From: Vitrella brassicaformis CCMP3155
Lineage: Eukaryota; Protista; Chromerida
Assembly (NCBI GenBank): GCA_001179505.1
Contig: CDMY01000189.1
Coordinates: forward strand, 1-64,000
Reading direction: 5' to 3'
DNA: 64,000 nt
Shown here piece by piece: positions 23,231 to 36,262 of this stretch. Numbering within the stretch: position 1 is the first letter of the stretch; the number at the start of each line of letters is the position of its first letter. The notes under the pieces were generated by a model that ran no database searches, was not told the origin of the DNA, and saw nothing but the letters and a program-made list of their open reading frames with translations. Both the position numbers and the translations under genes were made by a program.

Positions 23231-26200
23231 CGCAGTGACTTCGAGAGTGAGTTCGACGCCGCCAGCCGGAAGCAGCAGCTGTTTGAGACCCTGGATGAGT
23301 CTGGCCACCCCATGTCTGAGCTGTCCCGTCAGCTGCTGCCGCTCAAGACCATCCTCGCCAGCCCACAGCTGCTCGCACTCAACTGCCAACACAAATTCAT
23401 GAAGCATGACGAGGACAGGACGGGTGTGCTCAACCTGCAACAGGCATACAACAGCCTCATGGTCCCACCGACAAAGTCACCAACACAGAGAGAGAGAGAG
23501 GGGGGGAGAGAGCTGAGTGCTGTGTGTGTTGGTTGTGGCATTGGCAGGAGTTGGCCGAGGACTTGTGCCCAGAAGCCATGCCGTCTGTTGAATCGTTTGG
23601 GCGCTGGTTTGCGATGCTCGATCAGGACGACAGCGGAGAGCTCGATGTGGGAGAGTTTTCCTGCATCGTCAAATACTTCATCACCAACGTCATAGACAGA
23701 GCCGAGGTTGCCTCGGGACGTCTCCCAAAGGCCGACACAGATGAGCTCAAACAGCTCCTGTCGGATGAGGCGCGTCTCCGGTGCCTCACTCATGCGACTT
23801 ACATCAAAGCGGCGGGCCACGGCGATGATACTAACACGGCGACAAGTGCGCTGCAGCAGGTGACTGGGGAGGTGAGCCGACTGGTGGTGCCGACACAGCA
23901 GCAGGCTGACCGGGTTCTGCTCATGATGAGGCTCAGAGGGAGAGACATTGACGGCCGACTCACAGAGGAGGTACATGTACCCGAGACGCAATGAGGGATC
24001 TCGAGCCTTGTCCCATCATATTTCTCTCAGGCACTTCACGAGATGGTTTCCATCCATCTGCATAGCACGTGGGAGCGGTCGGTGATAGCCCGCGGCCGTG
24101 TGCCCGCCTCACGGCTGGAGACAATCCGGCTGCTGCTCAGCAATGCACGGGAGCTCAAGTGTGTCACACAGCGAGTCTGTCTCCCTTTGTACACGCACAC
24201 TCTCTCTGCCCACAAACACAGGCACCATGTGGAGCGTTCATTCCACAAGTATGATGCGGATCGCAGCGGCGAAATTGAGAAGGAAGAAGCCATGCTCTGC
24301 CTCACTGTAGGCATGGGAGCGTGTTCATCATGCGCGAACATGCAGATGTGTGTGTGTTGTACGATTGTAGGATTTGGCGATGGTCGTTTGCCCTGACAGC
24401 ATCCCGGACAGCGAGCAATTCAACTTCTGGTAAGACAACGGTCTCATCGGAGCAATGGTGTCTCCCCCATGCGATGGATTGCAGGTGGCAGATGCTGGGC
24501 AAGGCTGACGACGGCGGCCTGACATTTGCGGATTTTCAGTCTTTTGTTCGTGATTATCTCAAATATTGCCACGACAAGGCCGTCATACACGCTGGCAGAC
24601 TCCCCAAGTACATGGTCAGTCACACACGTGCACACCTAAGCAAGCCACTGCACACGTGTTTGTCCATGCCGCAGGCCGAACTGCTGAGCCATCTCCTCAA
24701 GGATGCTACCCTCTTCAGCGAATACTGCAACGAGTCCTTCAACCGCCAGAGCAATCCCACCAGCCACCATCTGCCCAGAATGCAGGCGTACTTCGCGCTG
24801 CAGGACCTCGCTAAACGGCTCTGCCCGGACGTGCTGCCAGATGAGGAATCGTTCGCGTCTTTCTGGGGCATGCTGCACAAAGGGCCCAAGGGACAAGTCG
24901 ACGCAAGCGACTTCCGCACCCTCGCCCGCCACTTCTTCCAGACGGTCGTGGACCGGGCGGAGATCTACACAGGTAAGTGTGCAGACAAACGATGAGGCAG
25001 CAAAGCTGTATGAGTGTGTGCGGTTGTGGCTGTGTGGTGCAGCCAGGTTGCCACGTCGGATGCTGGAATACTTACGTCGTCAGCTGGCCGATGAAGCGAG
25101 GTTCGTGGCCAGCTGCCGGGAGGATTTCTCGGTATTCAGGGCTGACCCTATCGTCCAACGCTTACCTTATCCGTCATGATCGATGTGTCTGTGTCTTCGA
25201 TTGATGTGGAATACCAGTTGTTCGATGTCGACGGCAGCGGCGAACTCGACATGGAGGAAACATGGGCATGCCTGCAGGCGCTATCTGCTCGCTTCTGGTG
25301 AGTGAGAACAAAGAAAGCATCAATCTGTCCCAACACCACCGCATTCACTCTGTTATTCTTTCCCCCCAGCCCCGATGCAGTGCTGTCTCGTTCCGCCTTC
25401 GAGGTGGCCTTCCGGGTGACCGACCGCGACGAGACGGGCGTGCTGGAGCTCACCGAGTTCCAGGACATGGTCCGGTCTTTCCTCCGCAATGCCATCTTCC
25501 AGGCAGAGACCGCCGCACAACAGATCCCTGCCGTCATGACTTACTACATTCAGCAAGTCCTCACCGAGAGCGAGGGCAGCTCCATCGACAACACGCTCCA
25601 CAGCCTGTGTCGGAGTGTCTTCTGCCAGCGTCGAGTGGAGCTCGACCACCGGACGTTGACCACCATCGAGCACGGGGCAATGACACCGACGAGGAACCGC
25701 ACACCCTCACCATTGTTCCTGAGAGACGATGACGGGGCAGGACACGGCGAGGGCGTTCTGGGGAGGTCGGCGGCGCTGCTGTGTCTGCAAGACATCGCGC
25801 AGGCGATATCGCCCAACGTGGTGCCCACCAGCGACGAGTTTGACCTCTGGTGGGTGCAGGTTGAGGAGCAGGGCGGCATGGCGGTCAACAAGAGGCTGTC
25901 ACTGGATGGGCTGACTATGCTGGCACAGGTGAAAGAGAGAGACACGTAAGCAGAGTTCGTTATGAATGTCTGTCTCTGTGTGGGCATCTCACTCATCTGT
26001 GTAGATGTATCTGCGCAACCACATACATCGTCATGAGATGCGTGTGTGGCGGCTGTCCCCGCCCCTCCACAGCCACGTGCAGACCCTCCTCCTGAAGCCC
26101 GGCATCATGCAGAGGGTCACCAAATGCCAACTGCGGGCCAAACTCACCAAGACTGAGTCAAGGACAGCTCTTCAGAGACTGTTGCATCAGCTGCTGCAGT

Positions 26201-29200
26201 GCCCCGATCTATCTGAGGAGGAATTTGACCTCTACTGGTCGGATTCGCTCACGCAGCAGCAGGTGGTGCCGGCAGACATGAGCCACAAGGCTTCTCAGCT
26301 ATCACCCAGACGGCACACGTACCCATGCATCCATCATATACACAACGTACAAGGAAGGCCTCACGCCGCAGGTGCGTGTGTGTACTCTTTGGCTCCCAGG
26401 TCGTTCGGCGTCGTGTCTGGGGCTCGGCTGTTGGCGGGTCGGGAGGAGCATCGAGTGGAATTCGGATCTCTCGTTGAGCGGTACCTCACCGACCGCCTTG
26501 CCGTCGCATCCATTATGGAGGCTCAGCTCACACCGGCATTGACCCGTGGCCTGCAGGTCGGCAAACATGCAGTTCACTGAAATTTCCGCACAGCTGCTCA
26601 CGTGCTCTCCTTCTGCTCTCTCTGCCTCCCTGCCCTGCCTACAGTCTTTCCTGTCATTCCGCCGTAAGCGCGCCTTTCGGCGCGTGTGCGACAGTGCCTT
26701 CAGGGAGTACGCCACTGGCACCTCCCCCCCACAGCTGCTGTCGAGGGCTCCGTCGCACCACCACCACTCGTGCACTTCGGCCTCGTCCACCCAGCAGCAG
26801 ACAGAGAAGCTGAGGCTGTCACCACTGCTTGCCTACAAGGCCCTGGAGGTGTGCGAACGGAAAACAAAGACAGGGAGAGAGACGTGGAAGATGCAATCAA
26901 TGTGTCTCACTCAGTGTGTGAGCAACGTGTTGTGTCCCGACCGCCCCCCCGACCCAGTTGCATTCCATCGGTGGTGGTCGCTGATCGGCAAAACACACAG
27001 TAGCGACGACGACCTCACAAAGGACTCCAGCATCTCGATAGGCGAGTTCAGGGAGCTGTGCAGACAATACTTTCTCTTCGTTGCAGAAAAGTCAGTTTAC
27101 CTAAGGGACACACTGAATTGGGACTCTTTTGTTTGCATTTTCCCCTCCTGTGTTTGAGTCAGGTCGGTGATATCCTCTTTCCTCATCCCTCCCGCCATGG
27201 TGGAGGACCTCCAGCGACTGATCCGCAAGACAGAGCTGCTGGAGGGCCTAATCGACCAGATCTTCCATGAGTTCGGGCAGCGACAGCGGAGTGTCCCCTC
27301 GCACGCCCCCTCGTCCATTGGGCCATACGTCTATCTGACACCTACGGGAGTCCTGAAAGGCCTCGAGGTAGGCAGAGCGGCGAGAGAGACATGCACGCAT
27401 GGCATGCAGATTTGCCCACCGTGTAGATGTTGTGCTATCGATACGTCCCTCATCGCCGGCCGACACAAGAGGAGGTCGTCCACTGGTCGGTCAGACTCAG
27501 CCACATACGCGTTTCTTCCACCCGACTTACACGTGTCCTTCTTCTCTACAGGCTGGCATTCCACAGTGTCGACAGGGCGGACCCATCAATGCCGTCCCCC
27601 CTGCGAGCCTCGTTCAACAGGTGCCGCTCACTCGGCGGCGGCGGCGTCAAGTGTGAGGTCGACCGTGATGCCTTCACCGCAATCATTCGGGATTTCATCG
27701 TCGCTTTGCTTGGTCAGTCCAACTGTGGGACGGAAGGAGCAATCTCTGTTGCGCATGTCTCTCTGTGTGTGTGGGTGCCAGAGCGCCATGCGTCTGCTGA
27801 GTGGCGATTCCCGTAAGCACCCCACCAGATGAACCCACGTGGTACATAATCTGATGTAGTGTGGTTTTGCGTCAGTGACAGCCAGATACGCTACATGTCG
27901 ATGCAGCTCGGCGACGACAGGAAGGAGCACAGGCAGGCCAGCTGCCGGCCGGCGTTTGTGCGGCTGGCAGGCAGTGAGCCATCGGCCAAGCTGCCGAGGG
28001 AAGAGGCATTCGACTGTGTCCGGGTAGGTAGGTACAAAAGAGAGAGAGAGCTGTCAGCTTCTGTGTGTGTATGCGGCCGGCATCCATCTCATCTGTGTTC
28101 AGGAGGTCATGGATTGGGGGTGTTTTGCGGTCAGCGTCACACAATCCGAAGTCCGATTTTGGTGTCACGTTCTGAAGGTTGGTGAGCAGCTGGACCTGTC
28201 CCAAGTTGAGGAGGTCATCCACATGATCACACAGGTACTCTACACGCTCGCCACCAGTCGCCCTTCATCCATCATGCGTGCCCGCTGCACGCACAGACGA
28301 TCATCGAACGAGCCGCGATTTCCGCCAGTCGTTTGAGCAGCCACACCCAGCACCTTCTCTCGGCGGCGATCGAGGCCGCTCCGCTCCCCTCTCTCTCCTC
28401 ATCGCTCAGGTCGGCGCCTGGCGTTAAGGGCGGTGTCACTGGTGGCTGTACGTCGATGCTGCGTCGTGAGGTCATGGACGTGTTCCGGGCGGCCGATGTG
28501 GACCGGAGCAATGGGCTGGACAGCGAGGAGGTGCTGATATGCCTGCAGGACTTGGTTGCGCGGCTGTCGGAGTGCAACGAGTTCCGCATGCAGCACGAGA
28601 CCTACCGGGTGTTCCGCATGCTGATGGAAAAGGTCCGTTGCGCACTCGCAGGACTGACCGGGAGGGACACAAGCCACCTTCCATGTGGATTGGGGCGTAC
28701 TTACAGGTGCATGGCGTGCCACGGACGGCAGTGCTCTCGGTCGACGGCCTCAGCAAGATGACGGACGCCTTCTTGAGACATGTCATCGACGCTGCCTACA
28801 TCTGCAAGGGACAGCTGCCCAAAAAGTCAGTGAAATTTCCACCAGCATCGCACGACGAGGTCTTTCTGTCGCCTGTATGCCTGCAGGATGCTGAGTGGGC
28901 TGCGTCGGGTGTCAGCGAAGCCCCAGATTTTTGAGCCGCTTGTTGATGACATCTTCGAGAGATTCGATATTGACGATTCCGGGCAGCTGGAGAGACACGA
29001 GGGGCTCTGCTGCCTGCAGGTATATTTCTTGCCGTGCACATTTGTGTGTTCTCCTGTGATTCGACATGTGGCCTTCACATATACTAGGCCCTGTCACGCG
29101 TCATCTGCCCCACTGCGCCCCCCTCGCTCGAGGATTATGATAGGCTGTGGACGATGGCTGACGGCGACGACAGCGGCACACTCGCCAAAGACGAATTCGC

Positions 29201-30806
29201 CAAGCTGATGCGGGGATTCATCGACGAAACAATTGAGCGGGCAGAGATCCGGACCCTCAAGCTGCCCAAGTGCGCGTGGGGGAGAGACATGGGAGGGACA
29301 TGCCATGGCACACGCGCCAGGCCACGTCTTTGGTATGTGCAGGCTGTTGCTGACGTATTTGGAGCACGTGACGAGCGAGGAGGGCATCATCGAGTTGGAG
29401 AAGCGAGCAGAGGCGTATTTCCTGGACCACCAGCCACAGGCCAACGAGTACGGCAAGATCGACCGCCGCGTTGCCCTGCGCCTGTTGAAGTCCCTGGCCG
29501 AGAAGTACACTCTCGGCGTGACCTTGACGATGGATGAGGTGCAGCACAGCTGGATGCAGCACGACAAGGACAACGACGGCACGGCCTCACTCGAGGAATT
29601 CAACCTCATGCTGCAGTCCATTCTGCTCAGCTTCACCGAACGAGCGACAATGGCAGACTCACGGTTGCCGCCACGTCTGATCCGTGCCGTGCAGCGGCTG
29701 CAGCTCGACGACCAGCTGCTTGAAACCAAAGCCATGGCAGCCTTCCGGGCCGCCGATAAGTACGCAACACATGCATTGATGGCGCACGTGATCCGCACAC
29801 ACGGGTCTTCATTCAATTGCAGGAGCGGTGAGGGGCAGCTGACGAAGGATGAGGCGCTCAAGGCCCTAAAGGTGCTGGGCAGCCGCTTCTGTGCGGATAT
29901 CGCGCAGTTCTACGGCCTGCTGGAGGACCTGATGGCCGACATGTTCCCGGTGTCAGTGGACGACCGCCTAAACGCCTCACAGACCATCTCGCCATCCATT
30001 CGGTCATCCTCACCGTCACCCCCACCCCTACCTGGCAGAGCCGTGCCATCAGCAGCTGCAGGGATGGTCCCTCGGGCCATCGGGGCCGCGCTGATATCCT
30101 ACGACCAGTTCAAAAGGCTGCTGAGAAGCTTCCTGGAGGTGTGTGTGCTACGGTACGGTGAGTGAGTGAGACATGGGTGAATTGTCATGCAGCCGGCCAC
30201 CTAATGTATTTTTCGGGCGCGTGTCTGTCCACCAGGTCTGAGGTGGCCAATGGGATTGTGTCGTCCCGCACATTCACTCTTCTGCAGAAGCTGACGGCAC
30301 GGCGAAGCCCCGCCATCTTTGGCGAGGTGTGCATGGGACTCTCCGCCGCACATGACACCGACGGCAGCGGCCTGCTGGATGCACACGAGTCCCTCCTCGC
30401 CCTACAAGATCTCTCCGAAAACATCTGTCCAGAGGCGTCTCTCTCTTTGATTGACCTGATGGACCTGCGACAGAGAGTGCTGCACGGTCGCGATGGTGAC
30501 GAGATAGATTTGGCCAAGTTCCAGCTGCTGGTGCGGGAGCTGATGGCGACGGTGGTGGAGCGGGCCAGGCTCATGTCGGCCGACGATGAAATGAAGAAGG
30601 ACATCATGACTGCACACACGAGGAAGAAGGGGAGACAGACGAAAGGCGGGGACGGCTGCACATGCATGGGCCTCCCTGCAATCAAGAACCACCTTAATGT
30701 GAACATGTGTCGTGATGTATCAATTGTGTGTTGTGCTGTGTCAGAAATGTCGATGTCGTCTCCGCCGGTCCCGCTGCGCAGCGACCGGCCGAAACGCACC
30801 AGGTAG
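22924..30806 (+). CDS. Giant multi-exon EF-hand repeat protein (about 14-15 repeats of about 130 aa)
   Basis: Canonical EF loops DQDDSGELDVGE (23620), DADRSGEIEKEE (24253), DVDGSGELDMEE (25224), DRDETGVLELTE (25422), DVDRSNGLDSEE (28495), DIDDSGQLERHE (28966), DGDDSGTLAKDE (29160), DKDNDGTASLEE (29563), DTDGSGLLDAHE (30354). Recurring CLQDLA..LCP and (D/E)RA.I..(G/A)RLP(K/R) linkers. Confidence 0.85.
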
Positions 30807-31163
30807 ATAGAGAGAGGGGTAGATAAGGCAGCTCGCCGGCTAGCACCACTCCTGGACACGATACAAGTAGTGATCCGAATGCATCCTATGTCCATCTGAG
30901 TAGACACATGGACCCGCTACTGTACTTGATTGTCCATGGGCTGCTGTACTTGATTGCCCATGAGTACGTAGCTTCCCTCTCATGCATGAGGCAGGCCAGC
31001 GATCGCTCAAAGTAGACAGAGGGCGATTTGGAATTCCTTATATGTGTTGTAGTACCACTCTTCAATTATTCATGAGTCGACATCTTGTGTCTCAGTCATT
31101 TTCACGAGTGTCACGTACTTCCGTCAATGTCTCTCTCTGTTTCTTGTCGGTGCGTCTGTGTGT

Positions 31164-33121
31164 TTATTCTGGTGGGTGTGCGTCGAGCGCTGAGAGCAGG
31201 GGGTAAGACTTGGGGTAGAGGGCTGACGGCACGCCGAACACGACGGCGACAACACCAGACCTATCAATGAATGCCGCACACACACACATCCAGTGAAAGA
31301 CTTTACTTCGGTTGGCACATACCAGACGAGGCAGAGGAGGAAGACGGCATGGAGGCCGGCGATGGAGTAGAGCCAGAGGCCGATCGATGGACATATCGTG
31401 TTGAGGAGGCTGAAGGACGCACCGTTGAGTCCAATCACGGTGGCCACCTCGTTCTCCGTCACGCGGGTCGTCATCAGACTCATGATGGCCACGAAATTGA
31501 GAGCACCTGAGAATTATTGACATGAATGAATGGGTGCGAGTGTGTGTGGGCCATCTGTCTGTCTGTCTGTCTGTCTATCTCTCTGCGTACCTGCGATGAG
31601 TGGGATTATGAGCGCAAACAGCGTGGCCGTCTCACTCGGATTCACCAGCGATGTCACAATGGCAAAGCCGAGGAACTGATTGAGGCACACAGACACCCTC
31701 TCTCTCTCTCTCTGTATGTGTGTGAGTGTGAGTGCCTGGACGACAAGCGAGATGCGCAGGGCCTGCACTTCTGTGAAGAAGAGGAAGACGCCTGGCGCCA
31801 CCACTCCTTCGGCAAATGTCATGATGCCACCGATGAAGCTGCACACACACACATAGATAGGTAGGTAGATACACTGGTGGACAGGACAGCATCCATCCCA
31901 TCATTGTCTGTCTGTCTGTGTTTTCTTCCTCTGCCACTCACCTAGTGACTTCCCCTGTCTGGATTTGGTTGAGGTGGTACAGCTCAACCGCTGCTGGCGC
32001 GAATGTCATTCGGGCCAACACCACCGGGAACATGCCCTGCACACATGTCACGCCAGGCAGCGATACGTCCATGTGGCCACACAGACGTCACTCTGTGTTC
32101 TCACGAAGAACAGCAGCAGCAGTGAAGAGACATTTCGGCTCAGTGTGTCCTTGAGCAATGCCATCGCCCTCCCAAAGATCTCCGTGGCCGTCTCGTAGCG
32201 CTCGCCACTTGTCGTTACGATGTCGGGGATGGCCAGCTGAGACACGATGAGAGCGGCACCACTCAGCACCACGGAGAAGAGGGCGGCCATCCGGTTCGAT
32301 CTCAACTCGAGGGCGATGAATCCTCCTGCCAGGCCTCCAACGACGAGGATGAGAGCGTGAGCAGGCCAAGATGGAAGGCCCTCTCGCTTGCCGAAGTGCG
32401 GAGGCTAACCACTTGGCTGCTGACTGTGAGGCCGTGCATGAAGAACGATAGCAACACCGACACTGATTAGTGGACACACAGATAGACAGAGAGAGCCACA
32501 CATGTCATGTGTGGGTGTCGGCTGGCGGTGGAATGGCTCTTGGGTCTCACGGTAGAGCATCCATTGGCAGATGGCCGCAGCAGTGGTGAGGAAACTCAGA
32601 ATGCACGACGCGAAGGCAAGGAGGAAGCCGAAGCGAGACCCATACCTAATGAACACCACACAAGAACAGGGAGACACGTACGCGAGACATGTAAGGAACG
32701 CCAACAGAGCAGCGGGGCGAGCGTACGTGTCGCAGAGGATGCCGAAGATGATGGCGCCGGGGATCTGCACGCCGAAGGCCACACTCCGCAGGTAGCCGAC
32801 CACGGTGATTGGCAAGTTGAGCGCCAACACGAAGAAGGGCAGCACCGTGACGTAGCTGCACACACACACGACCACCACACATGGAGGCATCCACTCCACT
32901 CCACTGACGGCTCTCACACTGACTGACGAGTGCACTGACCAGTTGAAGGCGGCCGCAAACAGCAGCAGGCAGACGTGGGCGGCAGCGAAGTCCGGTTGCT
33001 TGAAGTGGTCGAGCGTGTGGGCGGTTCTGGCGACGAAGCTGCGCACTCGGTCGGTCGTCGTGCGGGTGTCCTCCATGGGCGCGGCCTGGCTCACAGGTGT
33101 CGGCGGTGTGACGGATGCCAT
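31164..33121 (-). CDS. Major facilitator superfamily transporter (DHA1/TetA-like)
   Basis: Multiple hydrophobic helices across exons. GAIIFGILCDTYARPAALL resembles MFS motif A (G.L.D..GRR). Also ASERAFHLGLL and TRVTENEVATVIGLNGASFSLLNTICPSIG. Confidence 0.75.
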
Positions 33122-33352
33122 CCTCTGGGACGGTGAGTGATCGATGTGATTGAAATTGATTGATTGGTCTCTCGCTCAGATAGATTGCTTCACACGCATC
33201 CACATGCACTGCATCCGTACACATTTATATGTACAAGACAGACAGACAGTCACACAGAGAGGTCGGATCCATCCATGACCATCCATCCGTCCACCTAACC
33301 AGTGAATCAATCAGTCAATCACTGAATCACTCAGCCGCTGCCGTCTCGCTGG

Positions 33353-34102
33353 CTAGAGCTTCTTCTGTCCCAGCAGTGCTGAGGAGTGCTGCTCCAGTAT
33401 CTCCTCCCGCCGCAGCAGCAGCCTCGCCACCGGATCGAAGTACTCGTCCGCTGCACCCAGGTCGCCCTCATCATCCTGCTTGTCCCCTTCGTTGCCATCT
33501 TCATCTTGATGTTCATCCGGCCTGCCCTGCTCATCAAGCCGCCGTGACCTCCGCCTCTTCCGTCGCTTACCCCGCTCGTCACACTCGTCATAATAGATCT
33601 CCGAGCCCCTGTTCCTTTCCTCAGACCTCTCGCGCTTGTGCCGCTTGCTTTTCTCATTCTCATTCTCTTCTTCGTCGGTGCGAGCACCAGCAGCAGCAGC
33701 AGCAGCAGGCGGCTTGCTTGACGCCTTGGCGCGGGCAATGAGCACCTCGTCTGCGATGGGTCGGATGGTGAGTGGCGCGCGAGAAGGGCCGGGCCTCACC
33801 AATGCGTCAGAAACAGACACGACGACAGGGGCGGCTTGATGATTATCCGATGAAGCGGCAGGCGGCTGCTGGTGTCGCTCCTGACCGTCCTCCCTGACGT
33901 CCTCAGCACCATCTGCATGGGCCGTATCGGGTCCATCCGGAGGTCCGTCGGCCGCCTGCTGTTCCAGCATCGCCATGGGATCCACACCGGCGGGAGGATA
34001 TGTAGCAGCGTCCACCACAGGAGCATCTCGCTCTTCCTCGGCTTGGTCAGGTCGGATGTCGAAGCGCGTCTTCCGACGCCTTGGCTGAGGATTCATCTCC
34101 AT
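33353..34102 (-). CDS. Hypothetical low-complexity charged protein (possibly nuclear); may have an upstream exon
   Basis: Long open frame with RRRKTRFDIRP, KRHKRERSEER and RKRRRSRR. An AG acceptor lies just before the ATG at 34102. Confidence 0.5.
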   Translation of the reverse strand: MEMNPQPRRRKTRFDIRPDQAEEERDAPVVDAATYPPAGVDPMAMLEQQAADGPPDGPDTAHADGAEDVREDGQERHQQPPAASSDNHQAAPVVVSVSDALVRPGPSRAPLTIRPIADEVLIARAKASSKPPAAAAAAGARTDEEENENEKSKRHKRERSEERNRGSEIYYDECDERGKRRKRRRSRRLDEQGRPDEHQDEDGNEGDKQDDEGDLGAADEYFDPVARLLLRREEILEQHSSALLGQKKL

Positions 34103-34227
34103 CACCTGTCGGGCAGCGAGTTGTGGTGTGTGGAGGTTAGCGAACGAACAAACTGACAGAGGAACTTCAAGTTCGCCTTCAAGCTCGCGATCCCGACGGG
34201 GGGAACATTGTTCTCTCCTTCCTCCCC

Positions 34228-36262
34228 ATGGAGAAGAGCGGCCATGAGAGCGGCATGGACGGCAGCTCTCAATTTGACAGCTCTTCAGCGGTGGCCGCCC
34301 AGCCCGAGCCAGAGCCGTCGAAGTTCGACGGACCATGCGGGGATCAGCGAAGGACCACTGACGGCGGCACAGCGAGAGGTAGTGGAGCTTCCGAACCGGA
34401 GCCCGAAGACGCCGCCAGGCCACCTGCATGCTCCTCGGCTGAGCCAGATACTGCTGCACACGAACCTGAGCCAGAACCGGACACGCTCATACTCTGTGAT
34501 TTCGACGACACCATCTGTAGGCAATGCAGGCAGAGAACACACTCATCCCATGGATGGATTGCTTTCAATGTGGGTTCTCCTCCTCTCTCAGTTCCGACCA
34601 CTGTAGTCATGGCCACCGGCGGCAAGCTGCAGAAGGCTGAGGGCGGCAAGTGGGCGGCCGACCTGCTGCGGGCGGCTGACAAGCTCAGCCAGGTCACCAT
34701 CGTGTCGAATGCGTCGCCCAGATGGTAACACAAACACGCACACACACAAAAACTCTCACACGGAGCCATATGCCACACTCCACGAGTGGACATGGCTGCG
34801 TTGACTTTGTTTGTCAGGTTGCGTGAGGCGTTGCAGACTGGTGGATATGAGGAGGTCCGGCGTGTGCTGCAGCAGCAGAGCATTCCCGTCATCTCCGCCC
34901 GTGAACACGCCCACATCAACGGCCGGGGCAAGACGTCGTCGACCCGATGGAAGGCAAACACAGACAGACAGACAGACAGACAAAGGACGTTTGCAGGGAG
35001 GGAGGGAGGGAGGGCGCCATCGTGTGTGTGTGTGTTCTGTGCAGGTATCGTGTCTGGTGGATCTGTTGGCGGTGTATAGAGGAAGGGGCATTCATTTCGG
35101 CCGCGTCATGACCATCGGCGACTCGACAGCGGACATGGCTGCCCTCGAGGCCAACAGGAGGTACACAGAAAAGACACACACATGAAATGGTGTCTTGCTT
35201 CTCCCTTGTGTATTTGTGTGTGTTGTTGTTGCAGCGTGTTGCCGAACGTGCTCTTGGTGAAGGTGAAGCTGGTCGACAAGCCGTCTGAGCACACACTCGC
35301 TCTGGTGAGACACACACAGACACACATGTGCTGACCTCTTTCTCTCCATCCATCCGTGTGTGTGCATGGCTTGCTGCTGGCAGGAACAGCGCTGCCTGAC
35401 GAAGAGTCTGGAGCGTCTGACCCGCTCGCCACACGAAGACTTTCACATCATGGTCACACACACACACACACACACAGACAAGGACGCATCTAATTTTGTT
35501 TACCACATTGGTGCAGATGGTCAAGTCGAGTCGCGAGGCCAGCAGTTTCTCCGAGGCCATTCTGGAACAACGGAACACCAAGCCCGGCCACAACACGTAT
35601 GCGCACATACACATCAATCAGCACACATCGACACACACACACGTCTATGTGTATGTGTGGGTTTTGATTGTCCCCGTCTATGTCATGTCTCCCCCACCAC
35701 ACACAGGTACTTCGACATGTGTCAGGATAGCGGTCTGGCAGCTCCCTCAAAGGACCCCCACTGCATCTACGACTGCATGGTGTCCGTCACGGACCGCCAG
35801 CAGCATGCCATTGGGGGCATCAGTGAGGTGGCAGTGCTGCGCAAACAAGTCGAGGCCTTGCGGAAGGAAAACGACTATATCAAACAGGAGAGGGATGCCA
35901 TCAAACGGAAGAAGGACAGGTACACACAGGCGATCGTCCATTAGTTCGTCTGCCCATACATGTATTCCATATTCGTCCAGGCTAGAGGAGGATTGTGACA
36001 GCACCGACTGCGAGATATGCATGGCGCCGAAGAAATCCACGGTCCTCATTCCCTGTGTAAGCCAACATGCACACCTCGACTCACAAGTGACTTACATCGC
36101 GCATCTGTCTGTTTTGTCCTGATGTGTGGTGTGGATGGCGTACAGCGTCATTTCTCGCTGTGCGGCGAGTGTGCAGCGACCCTGATGCGGTCTCCTGTCG
36201 ACCAGCAACTGTGTCCGCGGTGCAGGCAGCCCATCAGAACAACCAAACATGTCTTCCTGTGA
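34228..36262 (+). CDS. HAD-like (DxD; HADO-type) domain plus coiled coil plus C-terminal RING-HC finger
   Basis: Spliced LILCDFDDTIFPT...VTIVSNASPRW...VISARE...TRWK|...VMTIGDSTADMAAL...VKVKLVDKPS, then LRKQVEALRKENDYIKQERDAIKRKKDR|LEEDCDSTDCEICMAPKKSTVLIPC|RHFSLCGECAATL...CPRCRQPI. Junction phases are compatible throughout. Confidence 0.8.
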
